A stretch of 64,000 bases of DNA from an uncultured Alphaproteobacteria bacterium (GTDB taxonomy: Bacteria; Pseudomonadota; Alphaproteobacteria; RF32; CAG-239): positions 10,034 through 74,033 of the forward strand of contig CALXUM010000009.1 of the NCBI GenBank assembly GCA_944391685.1, given 5' to 3'. The translations under genes and the position numbers were made by a program. The notes under the pieces are model-generated. The model was given only the letters and a program-made list of their open reading frames with translations, had not been told where the DNA came from and did no database searches. This document shows, in pieces, positions 55,536 through 64,000 of this stretch; the stretch's first letter is position 1; every line of letters starts with the position of its first letter.

Positions 55536-56444
55536 ATGTCTAAAAAAGTTTTGGTTTTAATGGGTGGACTTTCAGCGGAAAGAGATGTTAGTTTAAGCTC
55601 GGGAAAAGATATTGTAAATGCTTTAAAATCTAAGGGATATAGGACGGTCGTCCATGATTTTAAAGATGTTTGGGAGCTTATAGATGTTATAAAGAAAGAA
55701 AAACCTGATGTTATCTTTAACGGCTTATATGGAAACTGGGGAGAAGACGGAGAAATTCAAGGCATGCTTGATTTAATGCAAATTCCGTATACTCACTCTG
55801 GTCTGAAGGCGTCGGCTATAGGTATGGATAAATATATTACTAAAATGGTTGCCAAAAGTTGTGGTATCAGAGTTGCTCCAAGTCAAAAAATGACAGCCAA
55901 AGAATTTTTACAACATGGAACAGTTATTCCAATGCCGTTTGTTGTTAAACCTGTTTGTGACGGTTCAAGCGTCGGGGTTTTTATAGTAAATAACCAAGAA
56001 GATTTGTTGAAAGTTAAATATAGAGATTTGGATAGAGAAATATTGGTGGAAAAATATATTCCTGGTCGAGAGCTGACGGTTATGTGTTTGGAAGATAAGG
56101 CTTATGTGGTTACAGAACTTAAAGCTAATGATGAATTTTATGATTATAAAGCCAAATATACCGATGGAGTTACTAAACATGTGTTGCCGGCAGAAATTCC
56201 TTATGAAGTTTCTGAAATTTGTAAAGCATATGCCGAAAAACTGCATCAACGCTTAGGATGCAATACAGTTTCAAGGGTTGATCTGCGTTATAATCCTGAA
56301 GATGGAGTAGTGTTGTTGGAAATTAATACTAATCCGGGAATGACTGCATTATCATTGGTGCCTGAACAAGCAAAATATGCCGGTATAAGTTATGAAGATT
56401 TGTGTGCAAAATTGGTTGAAAATGCAAAATGCAGGAAGATTTAG
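55536..56444 (+). CDS. ddl: D-alanine--D-alanine ligase
   Basis: GGLSAERDVSLSSG, GEDG, GSSVG, FYDYKAKY, EINTNPGMT. Confidence 0.97.
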   Translation: MSKKVLVLMGGLSAERDVSLSSGKDIVNALKSKGYRTVVHDFKDVWELIDVIKKEKPDVIFNGLYGNWGEDGEIQGMLDLMQIPYTHSGLKASAIGMDKYITKMVAKSCGIRVAPSQKMTAKEFLQHGTVIPMPFVVKPVCDGSSVGVFIVNNQEDLLKVKYRDLDREILVEKYIPGRELTVMCLEDKAYVVTELKANDEFYDYKAKYTDGVTKHVLPAEIPYEVSEICKAYAEKLHQRLGCNTVSRVDLRYNPEDGVVLLEINTNPGMTALSLVPEQAKYAGISYEDLCAKLVENAKCRKI

Positions 56445-56456
56445 TAAAAAGGTAAA

Positions 56457-57353
56457 ATGGCGGAAGTAAATAGAAATTCGGTAGTTGTTATTGCAGGGCC
56501 GACAGCATCTGGAAAGTCGGCTTTGGCTTTGGACTGGGCTAAAAGGCAAAACGGAGTGATTATTAATGCCGATTCAATGCAGATTTATCAAAATTTAAAG
56601 ATTTTATCCGCAGCACCAACGGAAGAAGAAAAAAAACAAGTTGAGCATAAGTTATATGAAATTTATCCTCCTTCAAAAAGGGGAACAGTAGTTGATTGGC
56701 TCGATTTAGCAGAAAAAGAAATCAGAAAATGTTGGGAGGAAACAAAATTACCTATTGTTGTAGGTGGTACAGGGTTATATTTAGATAATCTTATTAACGG
56801 GACAACCCCAATTCCTATGGTATCTTCTGAAATTCGAAAAGAAGTGGAAAAAGAAGCGGAAGCAGGGGTGAAAGAGCTATATGCGGTTTTACAAAAAGAA
56901 GATGGATTAGCAGCAGCAATGTTGAATGCGGCAGATGTTACAAGGATTAAAAGGGCATTAGAAATTTTTAGGCAAACAGGAAAATCAATTGCAGAATGGT
57001 ATAAAATGCCGATGGTTAAAAAATTGCCGGAAGCAAAATTTTATGTGGTTAAAATTTTGCCTCCAGTAGATGAATTGGATGAGAAATGTTATGAACGTTT
57101 TGATAAAATGATTGCTTTAGGGGCTGAAGATGAGGTTAGAAATTTATTAGAACTTAAATTAGACAAACGTTTACCGGTAATGAAAATGCTTGGAGTACCT
57201 GAGTTGTCTGAATTTATAGAAGGAAAGTGTTATCTCGATGAGGCTGTAAATAAAGCCAAACTTCATACTCGTCAGTATGCTAAAAGACAGAGGACATGGT
57301 TTAGAAATAAATTGAAGGCAGATAGAATTATTGATAAATGTTATGGTATATAA
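56457..57353 (+). CDS. miaA: tRNA dimethylallyltransferase
   Basis: GPTASGKS, NADSMQIY, VGGTGLY, TRQYAKRQRTWFR. Confidence 0.97.
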   Translation: MAEVNRNSVVVIAGPTASGKSALALDWAKRQNGVIINADSMQIYQNLKILSAAPTEEEKKQVEHKLYEIYPPSKRGTVVDWLDLAEKEIRKCWEETKLPIVVGGTGLYLDNLINGTTPIPMVSSEIRKEVEKEAEAGVKELYAVLQKEDGLAAAMLNAADVTRIKRALEIFRQTGKSIAEWYKMPMVKKLPEAKFYVVKILPPVDELDEKCYERFDKMIALGAEDEVRNLLELKLDKRLPVMKMLGVPELSEFIEGKCYLDEAVNKAKLHTRQYAKRQRTWFRNKLKADRIIDKCYGI

Positions 57354-57447
57354 TTTTTGATGTTAACAAAGTAATTAATTGTTGCACATCAGAGCAGAAG
57401 GTTATAAAAATCAAGTAATAACCAGTTTATTTTTTGTTGGAGATTAA

Positions 57448-58491
<1,044 letters not shown>

Positions 58492-58588
58492 ACATGGAAA
58501 TAAGTTTGAGGGTAAACCGCAACGGTTATGATCTTAGCTCTTGCGGTTTGCTTTTTAAAGTTATCTTCTTTAAGCAGTCGGAGTTTTT

Positions 58589-59458
58589 ATGAAACGGCGG
58601 AGAAGTTTATATATTCATTTAAGTCATATAAGATTACTGGCCAAAAAATTTGCGCTGGTAATTTTGTTTATATCTGCATTTGCATTAATGCTTGTGAATA
58701 AAACCGATACGATGATTATTGAAAAGACTTCTTCGGTTGCGACAGATGTTGTCTCGCCGGTGATTGATGTATTGGTAGTGCCGGCAAAATTAATTGCTAA
58801 AGTTTATGATTATTTTCGTGATTTGAAACAAATTCATAAAGATAATATTCGCTTAAGAGAAGAAAATCGCAAACTTAATTTATTGTATGATAAATTTAAA
58901 TCTTTGGAAATAGAGAATAAACTTTTAAGTGATTTACTTAATTATGTCACACCAAAAGAATCAGAATTTATTACAGCCAGAGTTATTGCTGAGGAAGGAG
59001 ATGCTTTTTCTCATTCTATGATTGCGTATACCGGTGATAAAAAAGTGAAAAAAGGGCAGGTAGCTCTTTCGGATAAGGGAGTTGTCGGAAGGGTTGAAAA
59101 TGTGGGTAAAGCTTATGCCAGAATTATACTGATTACGGATATTAACTCGAAGATTCCGGTAATGGTTGAAAAAACGAGAATTAGGGGAATTTTATCTGGT
59201 GATAACACTACAATGCCAAGGTTGGTCTTTATTCCTTTAGATGCAGCGATAAATGTGGGTGACAGGATTGTTACTTCCGGTGTTGCAGGTGTTTTTCCTG
59301 CCGGTTTGCCTATAGGAAAAGTTGTCAGTGTTAAGAAAAATGAGATAAGAGTTAAACCTTTTAGCTCTTTGGGACAATTAGAATATATTAAATTGGTTAA
59401 TTACGGATTGTCGGGTATTTTGGAAAATGATGAAGAAATATCAGAGGGCGGAAATTAG
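58589..59458 (+). CDS. mreC: Rod shape-determining protein MreC
   Basis: TM, coiled coil, LITDINSKIPV, VTSG..GVFP.GLPIG. Confidence 0.95.
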   Translation: MKRRRSLYIHLSHIRLLAKKFALVILFISAFALMLVNKTDTMIIEKTSSVATDVVSPVIDVLVVPAKLIAKVYDYFRDLKQIHKDNIRLREENRKLNLLYDKFKSLEIENKLLSDLLNYVTPKESEFITARVIAEEGDAFSHSMIAYTGDKKVKKGQVALSDKGVVGRVENVGKAYARIILITDINSKIPVMVEKTRIRGILSGDNTTMPRLVFIPLDAAINVGDRIVTSGVAGVFPAGLPIGKVVSVKKNEIRVKPFSSLGQLEYIKLVNYGLSGILENDEEISEGGN

Positions 59459-59977
59459 ATGAGTGAAGATTTAGATGAAAATATCACTTCCGTATTTCAG
59501 CGGACGCTGCCTTTGTTATCATCATTACTTTTGTTATTATTTTCTTATGTGCCGCTGGATTTTTCATTGTTAAATAATGTTAGGCCGGTTATAGGAATAA
59601 GTTGTGTCTATTTTTGGTTGATTCATCGTCCTGATTTGTTTAACTTGTGGTCAATTTATTTTTATGGCATGATTGATGATATAATAAGTGCATCACCGTT
59701 CGGTTCAAATATTTTGGCGATGTTGATTTTATATTTGTTAATCACTAATTTATCAAAATTTTTCAATGCCAAACCTTTTGTTGTTATGTGGTATGGTTTT
59801 GCGGCAATAGCTTTAATTACAATGTTGTGTCGTTGGTTGGTGGTTTCTATTTATTATAGTCAATTTTTGCCTTTATCAATGCTGTTTTTCAGTTATATGG
59901 TAACGGTAGCGGCATATCCTTTTGTTTCTTTGTTGTTGGCGTTTGTACAAAATAATTTTATAGCGGATGATGACTGA
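59459..59977 (+). CDS. mreD: Rod shape-determining protein MreD
   Basis: Multi-TM, YFW..HRP motif, operon position. Confidence 0.88.
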   Translation: MSEDLDENITSVFQRTLPLLSSLLLLLFSYVPLDFSLLNNVRPVIGISCVYFWLIHRPDLFNLWSIYFYGMIDDIISASPFGSNILAMLILYLLITNLSKFFNAKPFVVMWYGFAAIALITMLCRWLVVSIYYSQFLPLSMLFFSYMVTVAAYPFVSLLLAFVQNNFIADDD

Positions 59978-61800
59978 TGAATCGTGATAATGATAAAGGA
60001 AAAGTTCTGATAAATCGTTCGCTGATTTTGGCGGCAGCACAGTTTTTGTTTTTATTGGTGATTATTGTGCGTTTATATTATCTGCAGGTTTATCAGGCCG
60101 ATAAATATAAAACATTAGCTGATGAAAACAGAATTTCCACACGCTTGTTAGTTCCACCAAGAGGAGTGATTTATGATCGACATGGAAAAGAATTAGCAAC
60201 CAACAGACAAAACTTTCAGGTTATGATTGTGGCAGAGCAAACAACTGATGTACAAGATACTTTGAATGCTTTGAAAAAAATTATGCCAATCAGTAAAGAA
60301 GAGGAAGAAAAAGTCAAAAAAGATTTGAAAAAGAATCGTAGTTTTGTGCCAATTAAAATTAAAGATAATCTGACTTGGGAAGAAGTGGCAAAAATTCAAC
60401 TTAATGCACCTGATTTGCCAGGGATTATTATTGATGAGGGATTGTCAAGATATTATCCTTATGGAGAAAAAATGGCTCATGTCTTAGGTTATGTATCTTC
60501 CGTTTCGGAAAATGATGTTAAAGATGATCCATTGTTGGAAGTTCCGGGATTTAAAATCGGTAAAGCAGGAATAGAAAAACTTTTTGAAAAGAAACTACGC
60601 GGTAAAGGCGGAAACTTGAAGTTGGAAGTTAATGCTTACGGCAGAGTTATGAAAGAGATTGAACGTGTTGACGGAATTGCCGGTGAAAAAATTGATTTGA
60701 GTTTAGATGCAAGATTGCAAACCAAAGCTTATGATTTGTTTGGGGAAGAAAGCGGAGCGGCGATTTTGTTAAATGTTCACACCGGAGAGATTTTGGCTTT
60801 TGTTTCAACGCCGGCTTATGATCCTAATTTATTGACGCAAGGATTGAGCAGCAAGGAGTGGAAAGAGTTAAACAGTAATGAAAAAAATCCGATGGTGAAT
60901 AAAGCTTTGGCCGGACAATATTCTCCGGGGTCAACTTTTAAGATGGTAGTGGCTTTGGCTGCTTTGGAGAACGGAACCATAACTCCACAAACCAGAGCAT
61001 TTTGTGCCGGTAAAATGTTTTTAGGCTCGCATGCTTTCCACTGTTGGAAAAAAGAAGGGCACGGTTATTTGGACGTGGTTCAGGCTTTGCAGCATTCTTG
61101 TGATATTTTCTTTTATGAAACGGCACAAAAATTAGGCATTAATAAAATAAGCGAAATGGCAAGACGTTTCAGCATGGGAGAAAAAGTAAATATTGGTTTG
61201 GAGAATGAAAAACCTGGATTGTTACCTACAACGGAGTGGAAACAACGTCGTTTTGGAGAACCTTGGCAACAGGGAGAAAGCCTTATTTCCGGTATTGGGC
61301 AAGGATATATTTTAACAACGCCGATCCAACTTGCGACCATGACGGCAAGGATTGCCAACGGAGGATATGAAATTGTACCGACATTTAAAAAATTTAATGT
61401 CGGTGATAAAATTGATGCCAAAAAAATGAGCTTGAATCCTTTGCATATTGAACTGGTAAAACAGGGAATGTTTGATGTGATGAATATTCCGGGCGGAACG
61501 GCTTTTGGTTCAAGGTTTGATTTTAAGGGGCAAAAATTAGCCGGAAAGACCGGAACAACTCAGGTTCGTCGTATTACCATGAAAGAACGGCAATCAGGTA
61601 TTGTCAGACAGGAAGATTTGCCATGGAAATTCAGAAACCATGCATTGTTTGTGGGTTATGCTCCGCATGATAATCCTAAATATGCAGTGGCGGTTTTGGT
61701 AGAACACGGGCGTGGTGGTTCTTCGGTAGCAGCACCTATTGGCAGTAAGCTTTTGTTGGAAGCTTTGAAATTAGACGCAACATCTCAACCGGTGGAATAA
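59977..61800 (+). CDS. mrdA: Penicillin-binding protein 2
   Basis: PGSTFK, SCD, KTGT motifs. Confidence 0.96.
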   Translation: MNRDNDKGKVLINRSLILAAAQFLFLLVIIVRLYYLQVYQADKYKTLADENRISTRLLVPPRGVIYDRHGKELATNRQNFQVMIVAEQTTDVQDTLNALKKIMPISKEEEEKVKKDLKKNRSFVPIKIKDNLTWEEVAKIQLNAPDLPGIIIDEGLSRYYPYGEKMAHVLGYVSSVSENDVKDDPLLEVPGFKIGKAGIEKLFEKKLRGKGGNLKLEVNAYGRVMKEIERVDGIAGEKIDLSLDARLQTKAYDLFGEESGAAILLNVHTGEILAFVSTPAYDPNLLTQGLSSKEWKELNSNEKNPMVNKALAGQYSPGSTFKMVVALAALENGTITPQTRAFCAGKMFLGSHAFHCWKKEGHGYLDVVQALQHSCDIFFYETAQKLGINKISEMARRFSMGEKVNIGLENEKPGLLPTTEWKQRRFGEPWQQGESLISGIGQGYILTTPIQLATMTARIANGGYEIVPTFKKFNVGDKIDAKKMSLNPLHIELVKQGMFDVMNIPGGTAFGSRFDFKGQKLAGKTGTTQVRRITMKERQSGIVRQEDLPWKFRNHALFVGYAPHDNPKYAVAVLVEHGRGGSSVAAPIGSKLLLEALKLDATSQPVE

Positions 61801-61805
61801 GAAGA

Positions 61806-62945
61806 ATGTATAAATTTTATGAAACAGGTTTTAAAAGTCAGAATTTATCTTTGAAGGAAAAGTTTCAAAATTTGAGCTTTGCTTATATTTTGTTCATTAT
61901 GTTGTTGGCGGCTGTCGGTGTAACAATGCTTTATTCGGCGGCGAACGGCAGTTGGAAACCATGGGCTTTAAATCAGCTGGTGCGTTTCGGTTTGGGATTT
62001 GGAGTAATGATTACCTTAGCCATGATTAATGTGCGGGTATTTTTGCGTTATGCTTATGTGTTTTATTTTATTGCATTAATATTGCTGATTATTGTGGAGG
62101 TTACCGGTCATATCGGAATGGGAGCTCAGAGGTGGATTAATTTGGGCTTTATCAAGCTACAGCCTTCAGAGTTGATGAAAATTGCTTTAGTTTTGGCTTT
62201 GGCAAGGTACTTCCATGCTTCTTCTTTGCAGAGTATTGAAAGTACTCGCGGTATAATTATTCCGGTTTTGATGGTTTTGTTTCCGGCTTTTTTGGTGATG
62301 ACACAGCCCGATTTGGGAACGGCTTTGATGTTGTTATTTTCAGCAGGAGCCATCTTTTTTGCAGTTGGTGTGCAGTTGTGGAAGTTTGGGGTTGTTTTGT
62401 TGGGGGCAATTATAACCATGCCCATAGCTTGGCATTTTTTGCATGACTATCAACAAAATCGTGTGTTGACATTTTTAAATCCGGAAAGAGATCCTTTGGG
62501 AGCAGGGTATCACATTATTCAGTCAAAGATTGCTTTGGGCTCAGGCGGTGTGTTTGGTAAGGGCTTTTTGAAGGGAACGCAAAGCCACTTAAACTTTTTG
62601 CCGGAGAAACATACGGACTTTATTTTTACGATGCTTTCTGAAGAGTTTGGTTTGATTGGAGCGGTGGCAATAGTTATACTTAACTTTTTGATTATTGCTT
62701 ACAGTTTTATGTTTGCATTAAGAAGCAGTAGCTATTTTGGTAAGCTTTTGGCGATTGGTTTGGCTACTAACTATTTCTTGTATGTTTCCATTAATATGGC
62801 AATGGTTTTAGGCTTGATTCCGGTGGTGGGGATTCCTTTGCCTTTAATTTCTTATGGCGGAACGGTTATTCTTTCGGTTATGGCGGGGTTTGGTATAATT
62901 TTGTCAGTGAATATTAACCGAAACATAAATATAGGTAAAGATTAA
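61806..62945 (+). CDS. rodA: Rod shape-determining protein RodA
   Basis: GAQRWI, QPSE, QPDLGT, PEKHTDF, SYGG. Confidence 0.96.
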   Translation: MYKFYETGFKSQNLSLKEKFQNLSFAYILFIMLLAAVGVTMLYSAANGSWKPWALNQLVRFGLGFGVMITLAMINVRVFLRYAYVFYFIALILLIIVEVTGHIGMGAQRWINLGFIKLQPSELMKIALVLALARYFHASSLQSIESTRGIIIPVLMVLFPAFLVMTQPDLGTALMLLFSAGAIFFAVGVQLWKFGVVLLGAIITMPIAWHFLHDYQQNRVLTFLNPERDPLGAGYHIIQSKIALGSGGVFGKGFLKGTQSHLNFLPEKHTDFIFTMLSEEFGLIGAVAIVILNFLIIAYSFMFALRSSSYFGKLLAIGLATNYFLYVSINMAMVLGLIPVVGIPLPLISYGGTVILSVMAGFGIILSVNINRNINIGKD

Positions 62946-62965
62946 GAAAAGCTTTAGCTGGAGTC

Positions 62966-63022
62966 TTGCCGAGCCATTTGATATTCTATCTCGTCAATGG
63001 AAAGAGAAGCCATTATACTCAA
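62966..63022 (-). repeat. Degenerate third copy (C) of the coding repeat
   Basis: Minus strand gacgagatagaatatcaaatggctcggcaa (DEIEYQMARQ) matches repeats A/B and abuts the module at the same junction as copy B. Confidence 0.85.
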
Positions 63023-63039
63023 AAATCTTTCATAAATTA

Positions 63040-63068
63040 ATTGCATTTTAAGCAATATTTTTTATAAT
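63040..63068 (+). promoter_or_regulatory. Sigma70-type promoter with ATTGC-N7-GCAAT palindrome
   Basis: TTGCAT 63041-46, TATAAT 63063-68. Confidence 0.65.
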
Positions 63069-63075
63069 CACTTTC

Positions 63076-63202
63076 GCAGTCGGGGGTTCCGGCTGCGGAG
63101 TGTCGAAACTCCTTATAGGTTAATACTCCTCTTTTGGGGAGCCGGGGATATAAGGCTATGCACGAATAACCCGGACTGTACCTATACAGTTTCGAACTCC
63201 CC
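63076..63202 (+). ncRNA. C4-antisense-like RNA with upstream a1/b1 target, copy 2
   Basis: a1 TCGAAA (63103-08) with a' TTTCGA (63190-95); b1 TATAGGT (63114-20) with b' ACCTATA (63180-86); GGGGAG/CTCCCC stem. Confidence 0.75.
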
Positions 63203-63234
63203 GCCTTAATTTGTTTTTAAGGCGGTTTCTTTTT
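63201..63234 (+). terminator. Terminator/attenuator upstream of the HTH gene
   Basis: ccgccttaa-loop-ttaaggcgg-tttcttttt; only the loop differs from copy 1. Confidence 0.8.
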
Positions 63235-63263
63235 ATAAATAAAGAAATCAGGGAGTTAAGAAA

Positions 63264-63503
63264 ATGGACTATAAACAAGACAAAAATGACTTAAGACGAC
63301 GCAGAAAAACTCTTGCCACCAGATTACACGATATCAGAATTTCCAAACAACTACGTTTTAATAAGGTATGTGAAGAAACCGGCATTCCGCAAGGACTTTT
63401 AGATAATCTGGAACTCGGCCGCGGCAGCGTCAACTTAGGTGCTTTGCACCTTTTGGCAAAATACTACGGCAAAAAGGTTGAAATCTTGCTGGTTGATAAA
63501 TAA
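63264..63503 (+). CDS. XRE/Cro-C1-type helix-turn-helix protein, copy 2
   Basis: 74/79 aa identical to 4520-4759. Confidence 0.9.
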   Translation: MDYKQDKNDLRRRRKTLATRLHDIRISKQLRFNKVCEETGIPQGLLDNLELGRGSVNLGALHLLAKYYGKKVEILLVDK

Positions 63504-63510
63504 TCAAAAC

Positions 63511-63548
63511 AAAAAATGGCGGCTTTAATTTCTAAGCCGCCATAAAAT
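63511..63548. terminator. Terminator between HTH copy 2 and the convergent gene
   Basis: atggcggctt-loop-aagccgccat. Confidence 0.75.
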
Positions 63549-64000
63549 TTAGATATCTGTGTTAAAATCATCAGGTAAATCAGACATATCCACACATTGT
63601 GATTTCATTTCTTGTAAATATTCTTGTACAATTTCTTTAACCTTTAAACTTGCATTGGTATTAACCTGAATCTCGTACATTGTACCGGTGTATAATTTCT
63701 TAGCCAGATCACTATTTTTAATCAAATTTTGATAATGCATATAGGTTGCCTCAATAACCTTATTAAAATCATTTTTGATATCCTCATTTTTATTTTTATA
63801 GAAAGAATCAAAAATTTGATATGCAACATCTTTTGAACATTTTGTTAAATTGTTATAAGCGTTAATCATTTCAATATCTGTTGCGTTATCAGGCATGTCA
63901 ATCTTGCAATTATCTAATTTATTTTCTAGTTGTTTTATCAATTTAGCATTTTCTCCAACACATTCAGATGCACAGATTAATGACGGACAAAACAATATAC
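63549..64000 (-). CDS. Secreted helical hypothetical protein (5' end outside window)
   Basis: Frame open to the window edge; end of signal peptide ILFCPSLICA; Cys-spaced helical body. Confidence 0.65.
   Translation of the reverse strand, partial: ILFCPSLICASECVGENAKLIKQLENKLDNCKIDMPDNATDIEMINAYNNLTKCSKDVAYQIFDSFYKNKNEDIKNDFNKVIEATYMHYQNLIKNSDLAKKLYTGTMYEIQVNTNASLKVKEIVQEYLQEMKSQCVDMSDLPDDFNTDI

Larger units (their letters stand above)
63019..63516 (+). mobile_element. Promoter / C4-like RNA / terminator / HTH mini-module, copy 2
   Basis: Inverted near-identical copy of 4507-5005. Confidence 0.75.

Overview
AT-rich alphaproteobacterial chromosome segment; the gene set and order suggest a genome-reduced, Rhodospirillales-like or uncultured host-associated lineage (inference). 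Mostly housekeeping genes: rplA-rplJL, rpoBC, uvrC-pgsA, ompR/envZ-like pair, rplU-rpmA-obgE-rsfS, ftsH-glmM, carD, hslO, recX, truA, rarA-rluC-asmA, ddl, miaA, mreBCD-mrdA-rodA. The main novelty is a ~500-bp module present twice (4507-5005 minus; 63019-63516 plus): promoter, C4-antisense-like structured RNA, terminator and a 79-aa XRE HTH gene. Its two short pairing sequences differ completely between the copies but change in a compensatory way. Both copies join, at the same nucleotide, a dispersed coding repeat (DHSGF...EIEYQMARQ). In the island between rplL and rpoB this repeat heads different C-terminal domains (serum-amyloid-A-like; T4-lysozyme-like), as in polymorphic-toxin cassettes, and both full repeat copies carry the same +1 frameshift. 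Also notable: a flagellin with a large beta-helix-like insert, an orphan VirD4-like coupling protein beside a pentapeptide-repeat protein with a basic C-terminal tail, and a Cys-repeat surface protein.
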